Source: a bacterium
Lineage (GTDB): Bacteria; UBP7; UBA6624; JBBIMK01
Assembly (NCBI GenBank): GCA_037444445.1
Contig: JBBIMK010000011.1
Location: forward strand, 1 to 32,000
Length of the DNA stretch: 32,000 nt
Reading direction: 5' to 3'
How positions within the stretch are numbered: position 1 is the first letter of the stretch; each line of letters begins with the position of its first letter. Under the pieces are notes generated by a model, which was not told the origin of the DNA, did no database searches, and was given only the letters and a program-made list of their open reading frames with translations. Position numbers and translations under genes: made by a program. Positions 1 to 7,408 of this stretch are shown piece after piece.

Positions 1-562
1 TATTTATCTTCTGGAGAGCGGTTTCGAAAAGATGGAGGGGGTCGTGTTCTTCCACCACCGCCCGGAACTCGGATAGCCAGGAGCGAATCCATTGAAGGTC
101 CAGGTGCTCTTGATGACGGATGAGCACCCCCTCCACATCCTCAATGTCTCTGGCTCTGCCCGCCACGCACTTGTGTATAATGAGGTCCTCTGCGGATATT
201 AAACGCAAAGGTCCAATACCTAAAAATTCCACGACGACTGCGCGGCGCAATGCCTCTTCTTCGTAGCCTGGTATCGCTAAGGAAATGTCTACAGGAACCC
301 CCTGGAGGGTTTCTACCAGCAAGACCCGATGCTGAAGGGCGAAGGTTCTGGCATCAGGTATGCGGGGACGAAAGCGTTCTACAATCGCATCCACGAAGGT
401 TTCCAGTGCCTCCTCGGGAGGGATGAGAACGGTAACATCCACATCCCGGGTGAGGCGCGGCTCGCCCCAGTGCTGAAGGGCGAGTCCACCGATTATGGCA
501 TAGGGAATCCGGTGCGCTTCCATAAACGATGCCACCTCTCCGGCTGCCTGGAGGATGCTCAT
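1..562 (-). CDS. nucleotidyltransferase-fold protein (partial; 3' end runs off the left edge)
   Basis: My own translation of the minus strand from the ATG at 562 gives MSILQAAGEVASFMEAHRIPYAIIGGLALQHWGEPRLTRDVDVTVLIPPEEALE...LFETALQKIN. The frame is open all the way to nt 1. It is absent from the ORF track because it has no in-window stop. The GG..(n)..R.T.D.D motif is typical of minimal nucleotidyltransferases of the AbiEii/MNT-like kind. It starts 15 nt after the stop of ORF 577..804. Confidence 0.55.
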   Translation of the reverse strand, partial: MSILQAAGEVASFMEAHRIPYAIIGGLALQHWGEPRLTRDVDVTVLIPPEEALETFVDAIVERFRPRIPDARTFALQHRVLLVETLQGVPVDISLAIPGYEEEALRRAVVVEFLGIGPLRLISAEDLIIHKCVAGRARDIEDVEGVLIRHQEHLDLQWIRSWLSEFRAVVEEHDPLHLFETALQKIN

Positions 563-576
563 CGTCGGATTCGCAC

Positions 577-804
577 CTAAAGTTTTCCCACTGCTTTCCG
601 CATAAACCAGAGCAGAGGAGAGGGGAGTGTCTCTCCCTGGGGTGGCCGGGATGCCACAAGGTCCAGATACACCTTTAGCGCCTCCTCCTGCCTGAGGGTT
701 CTCAGCCACCGGATGCGTTCCTGCTCCATCCGCTTGCCCGCTTCCTTTTGCCCCTGGAGCCACCGCCTCACTTCCTCACGCCGGAGCGCCATCGTGATCA
801 TCAC
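577..804 (-). CDS. small hypothetical protein (75 aa, Arg/Glu-rich helical), possible partner of the downstream nucleotidyltransferase
   Basis: ORF track entry MMITMALRREEVRRWLQGQKEAGKRMEQERIRWLRTLRQEEALKVYLDL... It is same-strand and 15 nt upstream of the 1..562 gene. Its start overlaps the stop of the 801..1046 ORF (TGATG). I recognise no family. Confidence 0.4.
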   Translation of the reverse strand: MMITMALRREEVRRWLQGQKEAGKRMEQERIRWLRTLRQEEALKVYLDLVASRPPQGETLPSPLLWFMRKAVGKL

Positions 805-962
805 CGACCGTCTAACATAGGCATCAGGCGTGGGGGATTATGCTCGTAATTATTTGCGAGATGGTTACGAAGTTCCGCCCATAGATTGGCTGCGCTCCCG
901 ATGGTTTCCGTAATTGCATGCTCAGTCGGCTTCGTCCGATCGTCGATTATACGCTCGTGAAT
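801..962 (-). pseudogene. possible N-terminal relic of a DUF3788-like gene
   Basis: The internal Met of ORF 801..1046 gives MIHERIIDDRTKPTEHAITETIGSAANLWAELRNHLANNYEHNP. This resembles, from memory, the first ~45 aa of DUF3788 proteins (~140 aa). The similarity then ends (..PRLMPMLDGR*), exactly where the next gene starts. Confidence 0.25.
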
Positions 963-1208
963 CATTGTATGCCTCTTGCCGGGCGTTGGCCCGTATCCGT
1001 CACCACTTACAAGATTATCACCTCTGCAGCATTCTGTCAATGCCATTGCGGTTGGTCAGGTGCAGTTGTCCGTTTACGGGAGAGGCAGCAGGAGGGGGAG
1101 CGGTCTACGGTCTCATCGGGGGTGATTTGCCACAACTGATAGCCCTCCCGGGTCATTCTATAAAGGTGGTAGTTATCGTTCGGCTCTGGTGGGTTTGGAG
1201 TGGCTGGG

Positions 1209-2567
1209 TTATGGGTGGAGGAGTTCCTGGATTTTTTCCTCGGGAAGCAGGTTTTTCTCCCGTAACAGGGTGAGCATGCTCTTGCCGGTGGCGAGGGCTT
1301 CTCTGGTAATCTCCGCTGACTTCGCATAGCCGATGTAAGGGTTCAAGACAGTGGAGAGGGCGAGGGTGCTTTCCGCATACTGCCGGCACTGCTGTTCATC
1401 GGCGGTAATGCCTGTCACGCACTTCTCGGAGAAAATGCTTATGGCATTTGTAAGAATGTGGATGGAAAAAAGGAGGTTGTAAGCCATAACGGGCATCATC
1501 ACATTGAGTTCCAGTTGCCCCGCCTGAACTGCCATAGAGATGGTCAGGTCGCATCCCATCACCTGAAAGCAGACCATATTCAGCATTTCGGGGATGGAAG
1601 GGTTGACCTTGCCAGGCATGATGGAGGAGCCGGGGATAGCGGCGGGGAGGTGAACCTCTGCGAACCCTGTCCGGGGTCCGGAGGAAAGAAGCCGTAAATC
1701 GTTGGCGATGCGGATGAGTTCCAGCGTCAGATTCCGCAGGGAGGAAGAGACTTCCATAATGGGACGCTGGCTCTGCATGGCTTCAAATAAATTCTCCGCC
1801 GGGCGGAACGGGAGGCCCGTCCATGCTTTCAACTTTTCCACAATCCCGAAGCGGAGTTGCGGGTGAGCGTTCAAGCCCGTTCCCACTGCGGTTCCACCTA
1901 TCCCCAGTTCCTCCAGCGCAGTGGCGGACTGATGGAGGGCTGTTCGGCACTTTTGCATCGTGGAGGCATAAGCGGTAAACTCCTGTCCCAGGCGAATGGG
2001 AACCGCATCCTGTAGATGAGTTCGTCCCGCCTTCACGATGTCCCAGAATTCTTTGCCCTTTGCTTCAAAGGCTTCAGTCAATTTTTTCAGGGCTGTAAGA
2101 AGGCCTTCCACCTTACGACGGCAAGCCACTCGCATGGCCGTGGGGAAGACATCGTTGGTGGATTGCCCCATATTCACATGGTCGTTGGGGTGAATCAGGG
2201 TGTAATCCCCCTTTTTCCCGCCCAGAATTTCAACCGCTCGGTTTGCCAGCACCTCGTTGACATTCATATTCAACGAAGTGCCGGCGCCCATGTGGAAAAT
2301 GTCCACCGGAAACTGGTCACGGAGACTACCTGCCAGAATTTCATCGCAGGCTTTTGCGATGGCATCTCCGATTTCAGGCTTCAAAAGCCCCAGTTCTTTG
2401 TGGGTGAGTGCTGCCGCCTTCTTCACCATCGTCATCGCCTCTATCATCCCGGAGGGTTCCGTGATTCCGCTCACCTGGAAATTCTGCACGGAGCGGGAAG
2501 TGTGAATCCCCCAGTAAGCGGAATCAGGGATTTCCTGCGTTCCCAGCGCATCCTTCTCTATCCTCAT
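1209..2567 (-). CDS. aspA: aspartate ammonia-lyase (fumarate-lyase superfamily)
   Basis: The 452-aa ORF carries the lyase signature GSSIMPGKVNP. QFPVDIFHMGAGTSLNMNVNEVLAN, TNDVFPTA and KVNPSIPEMLNMVCFQVMG resemble E. coli AspA (QFPVDV..GGAGTS; KVNPVVPEVVNQVCFKVIG) more than FumC (HFPL..QTGSGTQ; KVNPTQCEA). Confidence 0.8.
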   Translation of the reverse strand: MRIEKDALGTQEIPDSAYWGIHTSRSVQNFQVSGITEPSGMIEAMTMVKKAAALTHKELGLLKPEIGDAIAKACDEILAGSLRDQFPVDIFHMGAGTSLNMNVNEVLANRAVEILGGKKGDYTLIHPNDHVNMGQSTNDVFPTAMRVACRRKVEGLLTALKKLTEAFEAKGKEFWDIVKAGRTHLQDAVPIRLGQEFTAYASTMQKCRTALHQSATALEELGIGGTAVGTGLNAHPQLRFGIVEKLKAWTGLPFRPAENLFEAMQSQRPIMEVSSSLRNLTLELIRIANDLRLLSSGPRTGFAEVHLPAAIPGSSIMPGKVNPSIPEMLNMVCFQVMGCDLTISMAVQAGQLELNVMMPVMAYNLLFSIHILTNAISIFSEKCVTGITADEQQCRQYAESTLALSTVLNPYIGYAKSAEITREALATGKSMLTLLREKNLLPEEKIQELLHP

Positions 2568-2817
2568 CTTACCTCACTCCTTTTTCACTCTGAAGTTTCA
2601 CCGTTGCCCTTCTGCCTCCCCCTTCCCCCAACCTCATTATACCCTATGCCGGTCATCCCGGTCCTGCTTTACTCTAAAGTTGCAGTTTATCGGGCGCACC
2701 GGTGATGGGGAATTCTTCACCGCCGATAATGGAGCAATGATGAATTGGCGTCCGGGCAAAGGAGTCTACCCTTCCAGCATTGTAACATCCATTACAGACA
2801 CACAGGTCTATGCGGAG

Positions 2818-2826
2818 TGGTATAAT
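2818..2826 (+). promoter_or_regulatory. extended -10 promoter element TGGTATAAT upstream of the DoxX gene
   Basis: An exact TGnTATAAT lies about 90 nt upstream of the ATG at 2915. The same 9-mer recurs upstream of two other genes (4982, 5927). Confidence 0.4.
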
Positions 2827-2914
2827 AGAAAATGAAGATGAGGGAAGGGGGGATAAAAAATGCTTGACCATCGCCCTTCTCCCCACTGAAAATTTATGAA
2901 AGGGGGTTGAGAAG

Positions 2915-3304
2915 ATGAAGGTATTAGACAGGATAGCGATTCACGGGCACTGGTTACTCCGCATTGCCCTTGCCAGTGTATTTCTTTATCACGGGATAGG
3001 GAAATTTCCCGTCCTGCAACAGTTGGCGGGAATGATGAAAATGCCCGTGAGTATGATTTTCATGCTGGCGATGGTGGAAACCACCGGGTCAATTCTGATA
3101 CTTTTAGGTGGATTCTATAAGGACTGGATGACCCGCCTCGGAGCGCTGATGCTGATTCCTGTTATGGTGGGCGCCATCGTCCTGGTCCACTGGGGTCAGT
3201 GGAATTTCATGCCTACACCCGCAAAGCCCATGGGTGGTATGGAGTTCCAGGTAACCCTGCTTCTCATACAGGTTTATCTCCTGATAAAGGGCAATCAGGC
3301 GTGA
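2915..3304 (+). CDS. DoxX family membrane protein
   Basis: 129 aa with 4 hydrophobic spans. The N-terminus is DoxX-like (LLRIALASVFLYHGIGKF). The SD GGGGGTTGAG precedes the ATG. Confidence 0.7.
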   Translation: MKVLDRIAIHGHWLLRIALASVFLYHGIGKFPVLQQLAGMMKMPVSMIFMLAMVETTGSILILLGGFYKDWMTRLGALMLIPVMVGAIVLVHWGQWNFMPTPAKPMGGMEFQVTLLLIQVYLLIKGNQA

Positions 3305-3411
3305 TGTGGTTTTTCGGCAGGAGTAAAACCTCCACCCTGCGTTTCTGCACGAGTCCTCTATACTTTTTCCCATAAAGAGGGGGTAAAACCCCTGATCAGG
3401 GTGGTGAAGGG

Positions 3412-3972
3412 ATGGCGTGGATTCGTATTCTGAATGAGCGGGAAGCCACGGGTGAGTTGCAGGAAGCCTACGAGGATGTTCTGCGTAAGCGGGGCAAGAT
3501 TGCCGAGATTATGAGAATCCACAGCCTCCGTCCGAGAGCGATGAAAGCCCATCTGAATTTGTATCATCAACTCCTGTTTGAACCTTCCCATCTCACCCGT
3601 GAGGAGTTAGAAATCCTTGCCACCGTGGTCTCTTCCCTGAATGGTTGCCAGTATTGCATTCGTCATCACGCAGAGGCTCTCCTCCACTACTGGAAAGATG
3701 AAAAGCGGGTTCAACGACTGGTGAAGGACTTCCGCTCCGCTGACCTGCCTGAAAAAACCTTGAAGATGCTGGAGTATGCCCGAAAATTGACCCGGGAACC
3801 CTCTGTTATGAAACAGGGGGATGTGGAGGTCCTTCGGCAATCCGGCTTTTCCGATGAGGATATTTTGCATATCGCCCTCACGGTCAGTTACTTCAACTTT
3901 GTGAACCGAATTGCCAGTGGATTAGGAGTAGAGTTCACAGAGGAAGAGATAAAGGGCTACCGGTATGGGTGA
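3412..3972 (+). CDS. carboxymuconolactone decarboxylase / AhpD-like peroxidase-related protein
   Basis: 186 aa with a CxxC-H core (LNGCQYCIRHH) and a downstream ...VSYFNFVNRIA motif, typical of the AhpD/CMD 'peroxidase-related enzyme' group. Confidence 0.7.
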   Translation: MAWIRILNEREATGELQEAYEDVLRKRGKIAEIMRIHSLRPRAMKAHLNLYHQLLFEPSHLTREELEILATVVSSLNGCQYCIRHHAEALLHYWKDEKRVQRLVKDFRSADLPEKTLKMLEYARKLTREPSVMKQGDVEVLRQSGFSDEDILHIALTVSYFNFVNRIASGLGVEFTEEEIKGYRYG

Positions 3973-4075
3973 TGCCGGTCTTTTTCACAGGCATCCTCAT
4001 TCTGTGAAGATACACCGCAACTTTCCCATTTAATGCCTTCTACTGAATCAGGGTATTCCAGCCCGATGAGGGGGC

Positions 4076-4107
4076 TTGACATTGACGCTTACGGAAAGGT
4101 TTATAAT
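4076..4107 (+). promoter_or_regulatory. sigma70-type promoter with a 20-bp spacer (MerR-style) upstream of the MerR gene
   Basis: TTGACA at 4076-4081 and TATAAT at 4102-4107, with a 20-nt spacer by my count. The spacer contains only a weak imperfect dyad (cttacggaaag). Confidence 0.4.
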
Positions 4108-4126
4108 TTTTATCGGTGGTGCTGAT

Positions 4127-4651
4127 ATGGAAAAGGGAAGAGGGAAGGTTAACGGAACGGTAAGGTTTTCCTCCCCGCCGCTGTCGGATGGGGATTTGCG
4201 AATAGACCGGGTTCGCCGGAATATGAAGGTCACTTCCCGGGCAATACGCTACTATGAAGAACTGGGTCTTCTCCCGCCCCTGCCCCGTAACGAGGTAGCC
4301 TATCGGGTGATTCCAGCCAGCGTTCTGCCGAGGCTGAAGATGATACGGCAAGCCCGTTCCCTCGGCTTCTCCCTGAACGAAATTCGGGAAATCCTGGAGG
4401 TGTTGGATGCGGATGGTGCCGTCTGCCCCACCACAAAAGAGGTCATTCGTCGGAAGCGTCAGATATTGAAAAGGAAGATTCGGGAAATGAAGGAATTAGA
4501 CCGAAGACTGGGGGAAATCCAGGCTCAGTGTGAGAGTTCATTCCGTGAAGCTCGTGACATTTGCCCTGCCATTATGGCAACTCCCCGGACCTCAAATCCC
4601 AAACCCACAGAGAATGGAGTCATCCTGAAAAAAGGAGGTGAAGAGAAATGA
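4127..4651 (+). CDS. MerR family transcriptional regulator
   Basis: The HTH segment LRIDRVRRNMKVTSRAIRYYEELGLLPP matches the MerR N-terminal signature (..RxxRYYExxGLL). It is followed by a coiled-coil region and C-terminal Cys residues. I chose the ATG at 4127 (SD GGTGGTG upstream) rather than the track start at 4076, which lies inside the promoter. Confidence 0.7.
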   Translation: MEKGRGKVNGTVRFSSPPLSDGDLRIDRVRRNMKVTSRAIRYYEELGLLPPLPRNEVAYRVIPASVLPRLKMIRQARSLGFSLNEIREILEVLDADGAVCPTTKEVIRRKRQILKRKIREMKELDRRLGEIQAQCESSFREARDICPAIMATPRTSNPKPTENGVILKKGGEEK

Positions 4652-4905
4652 AAAGACTCGTGGAAGTGTTCACGGCAGGATGCCCGCTGTGCGACCCGGT
4701 GGTGAAAACCGTTCACCAGCTCGCCTGCCCTTCCTGCGAGGTGAAGGTGTATGACCTGAGGAAGGAGGGAGCAGAGAAGGCAAAATCTTATGGCATTGCC
4801 CGTGTTCCCGCGGTGGTCGTCAACGGGAAAATGGCGGATTGCTGTCGCACCACAGGCGTGGATACAGAGGTGCTGAAAGCCGCCGGCGTCGGCGTTCCGC
4901 TGTAA
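4648..4905 (+). CDS. small thioredoxin-fold protein (CxxC)
   Basis: 85 aa: MKRLVEVFTAGCPLCDPVVK...CPSCEVKVYDL...GIARVPAVVVNGK. This is the thioredoxin_3-like layout. Its start overlaps the MerR stop (ATGA), which implies co-translation. Confidence 0.65.
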   Translation: MKRLVEVFTAGCPLCDPVVKTVHQLACPSCEVKVYDLRKEGAEKAKSYGIARVPAVVVNGKMADCCRTTGVDTEVLKAAGVGVPL

Positions 4906-4981
4906 GACCCTGCCCCTCTATTCCCCTCCGTTAGCCTCCCCTCTTTCCTTCTCCATATCGACACCCCGGTTGCAGGAGGAG

Positions 4982-4990
4982 TGGTATAAT
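4982..4990 (+). promoter_or_regulatory. extended -10 promoter element TGGTATAAT
   Basis: An exact TGGTATAAT lies about 40 nt upstream of the ATG at 5031. Confidence 0.4.
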
Positions 4991-5030
4991 AAGGGTGGAA
5001 GCCCTGAAAGCAGGGGTAACGGGTAAGGTG

Positions 5031-5405
5031 ATGAGGATGAGAAACCATCGTGTAAAAATGGCGATTTTTGGGATGGTGCTCCTTTTCTCTTTCCTCACAG
5101 CCTGTGAGGGCTTTCCTGCTGACCTCTGGTTGTGGATGAGGGTGAGCGGTATTACACCCGCTTATGCGGTGTCTGGTTCCACCGTCACCCTCACGGTGGC
5201 GGGTTCCAACTTGACCGGGGTTTCCAGCGTGGCATTTTCCAGTGCAGGTATTACGGTGGTTTCTTACCGGATTTTAGACCCTCAGCGTATGCTGGTGACG
5301 ATTCGGGTGAGCCCTCTGGCTCCGCCGGGATTTTGCAATCTCATCCTTTTTTCCGGGTTTCGCTCCTATACCTATGTAAACATTTTTGAAATTCGCACCC
5401 TGTAG
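5031..5405 (+). CDS. small secreted lipoprotein with an Ig-like (IPT/TIG-like) beta domain
   Basis: MRMRNHRVKMAIFGMVLLFSFLTAC contains a lipobox (LTAC). The mature part, VSGSTVTLTVAGSNLTGVSSVAFSSAGITVVSYRIL, looks like an IPT/TIG-type repeat. I moved the start downstream of the -10 element; 5037 or 5058 are also possible. Confidence 0.55.
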   Translation: MRMRNHRVKMAIFGMVLLFSFLTACEGFPADLWLWMRVSGITPAYAVSGSTVTLTVAGSNLTGVSSVAFSSAGITVVSYRILDPQRMLVTIRVSPLAPPGFCNLILFSGFRSYTYVNIFEIRTL

Positions 5406-5519
5406 AGTGCGATAATCCCTCCTCCCTTCCCCATCAGAGAAAGGGAAAATGAACCATTCCCTCCTCTATGAGTAGTAGAGGAAAATGGCTTTTATGAAAA
5501 GATTGGAAGTGATGAACTC

Positions 5520-5741
5520 TTAAGCCCGAGTCTTTTTATAGACCTTGACCGCTTGCAGTCCTTTCGGAGTGCTTTCGAATTCAAACTCTACGGCTTCTCC
5601 CTGCTCCAGAGAGCGAAAGCCATCACTCTGAATGGCGGAAAAATGGACAAAATAGTCCTTACCGTCCGTGTCCGTGATGAACCCGTAGCCCTTCCTTAAA
5701 TCAAACCACTTCACGGTGCCCTGTAAAAGATTCTCTGACAA
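5520..5741 (-). CDS. cold-shock protein (CspA family)
   Basis: 73 aa: [47 protein letters not shown] contains the RNP1/RNP2 motifs of CspA-family proteins. Confidence 0.9.
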   Translation of the reverse strand: MSENLLQGTVKWFDLRKGYGFITDTDGKDYFVHFSAIQSDGFRSLEQGEAVEFEFESTPKGLQAVKVYKKTRA

Positions 5742-5799
5742 CTGCCTGACCTCCTGTATCTAAATTTTGTGATGTCTCCTGTGCATTCCGCACAAGCAT

Positions 5800-5828
5800 A
5801 CCTTACCACATTCTTTAGAAAATTGCAA
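5800..5828 (-). promoter_or_regulatory. putative promoter of the cold-shock gene
   Basis: The minus strand reads TTGCAA - 17 nt (ending in TGG) - TAAGGT. This predicts a 5' UTR of about 50 nt. Confidence 0.4.
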
Positions 5829-5926
5829 GTGGCAAACCCGGTGGGCGTCAAATCTCCGTAAATCACCCTTGTTAAGTGGGAGAAGGGGAATCATTCCTTC
5901 GCACCAGGACACAACCCGGATTCCTA

Positions 5927-5935
5927 TGGTATAAT
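5927..5935 (+). promoter_or_regulatory. extended -10 promoter element TGGTATAAT
   Basis: An exact TGGTATAAT lies 31 nt upstream of the ATG at 5967. Confidence 0.45.
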
Positions 5936-5966
5936 TTCCCTGGTCGCTAAATCCGAAGGTGATTTC

Positions 5967-7403
5967 ATGACAGGTGGGGAAATGGCTCTGCTGAATGAGT
6001 TAGTTTCACGCCCTTCTGTGGTGGGCACGGAAGGCGAAGCGAATTTCGCTGAGTTTTTATATGAACGCATCCACCCGGACCCTTACCCGGTAGAATCTTT
6101 CATTATCCCCGTGGATGCGGATGGAAAAAGGAAGAGCCTTCTTTACTATAAGCCGGGGAAGAAGAGTCGGCGTGCCCTCCTGTTTCTGGGGCATTACGAC
6201 ACGGTGGATGTGAAGGATTATGGAAGATATGAGGAACTGGCATTTTCGCCGTCAGCCCTTCGGAGAGCCCTGAAGAAAGAGCGTCGCATCCTGCCGGAAG
6301 ATGGGAAGGATCTGGAGGATAAGCGGTATCTTTTTGGGAGAGGCTCGCTGGATATGAAAGCGGGCATCGCCCTGCTGATTTCCATCCTCCACTGGAGTGC
6401 TCCCCTTTCAGCCCCCTTTCTTTTCTTCGCTTTCGTCCCGGATGAAGAAGGCAATTCCGCTGGTATCCGTGCCCTCCTGCCCGTTTTGAAAGAAGTGCTG
6501 GATGCCCATCGTTTGCAACTTGTGGCGGTGGTGAAGGCGGATTTTACCACCACCCCGGGCGCCATTTACACGGGCTCCACAGGGAAACTTTTGGTGAACC
6601 TGTTGATACGGGGCATTCCCACCCATGCCTCTTCGCCCAGAGGAGGCATTTCTGCTGTCTCCCTTTTAAGCGAATGCGTTTCTTTGCTGGAGAGAATGAA
6701 AATAGATGGTAAGCCTGTGGTTTGTTTGAGAATGCGCGACCTTCAGGAGGGGTATTCGGTTCAAACTCCGGAGTTAGCGTGGGCATATTTCAATGTTTTT
6801 TTCCACCGCCGACATCCGGAAGCAATTTTATGGGGGATAGAGCAAGCCATTTCCCCTGTTTTTACCCGGGCGGGCATTCCTTTGAAGACCCTTTCGCCGT
6901 TGCGGTTCCGGGGGAGAGAAAGAACCTCTGAAGCAGGAGCCTCTGCTTCTCCAGGCGTCGGGGATGCTCGCCAGCAGAGCCTGAATCAGGCGCTGAATCA
7001 AATGGAACAGCCCGGTGGCATTCTCTTCTTCTCTCCCCCCTTTTATCCCCCTGTTCATCAGACTCTGGCAACAGCTCCCTCTTTCCGTTTCAGCCTTCTG
7101 AACGCCGTGGAAGAAACACAATCCCGGACCGGGCAGACCTTCCACTTTCATCCGTATTATCCTCACATTTCCGACCTGAGTTTCATCCAGCCTTCTATGG
7201 AGGTGTGGTCATCCTTTCAGAGCCACTGCCCGGTTTTCTTTCCACCCCCTCCCATATTATCCCGACAGCCTGTTCTGGTTGTGGACATTGGGCCCTGCGG
7301 CAAAGCCCCACACCAATGGTTAGAAAGAGTGGACACCCATTATTCTCTGAATATTTTGCCCATCCTGTATAAAAAAATCATTGAGAATTTTGCGAAGGAG
7401 TGA
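5967..7403 (+). CDS. M20-family metallopeptidase, RocB-like
   Basis: 478 aa with metal-ligand blocks typical of M20/M25/M40 enzymes: LLFLGHYDTVDV, GRGSLDMKAGIA, FVPDEEGNSAGI. The overall layout recalls arginine-utilisation protein RocB. Confidence 0.65.
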   Translation: MTGGEMALLNELVSRPSVVGTEGEANFAEFLYERIHPDPYPVESFIIPVDADGKRKSLLYYKPGKKSRRALLFLGHYDTVDVKDYGRYEELAFSPSALRRALKKERRILPEDGKDLEDKRYLFGRGSLDMKAGIALLISILHWSAPLSAPFLFFAFVPDEEGNSAGIRALLPVLKEVLDAHRLQLVAVVKADFTTTPGAIYTGSTGKLLVNLLIRGIPTHASSPRGGISAVSLLSECVSLLERMKIDGKPVVCLRMRDLQEGYSVQTPELAWAYFNVFFHRRHPEAILWGIEQAISPVFTRAGIPLKTLSPLRFRGRERTSEAGASASPGVGDARQQSLNQALNQMEQPGGILFFSPPFYPPVHQTLATAPSFRFSLLNAVEETQSRTGQTFHFHPYYPHISDLSFIQPSMEVWSSFQSHCPVFFPPPPILSRQPVLVVDIGPCGKAPHQWLERVDTHYSLNILPILYKKIIENFAKE

Positions 7404-7408
7404 TTTTT

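Noticed and set aside
2590-2640. G-tracts on the minus strand (GGGGGAAGGGGGAGG..GGG) in the aspA 5' leader as a potential G-quadruplex regulator.
   Set aside because: The tract pattern is irregular, and I have no evidence of conservation or function. I cannot support it beyond composition.
2016-2705. A 229-aa plus-strand ORF, together with 1458..1697 and 2257..2505, overlapping the aspA gene on the opposite strand.
   Set aside because: These are shadow ORFs antisense to a gene with unmistakable AspA motifs. Their composition is low-complexity and His/Arg/Pro-rich, they have no SD, and they have no recognisable motifs.
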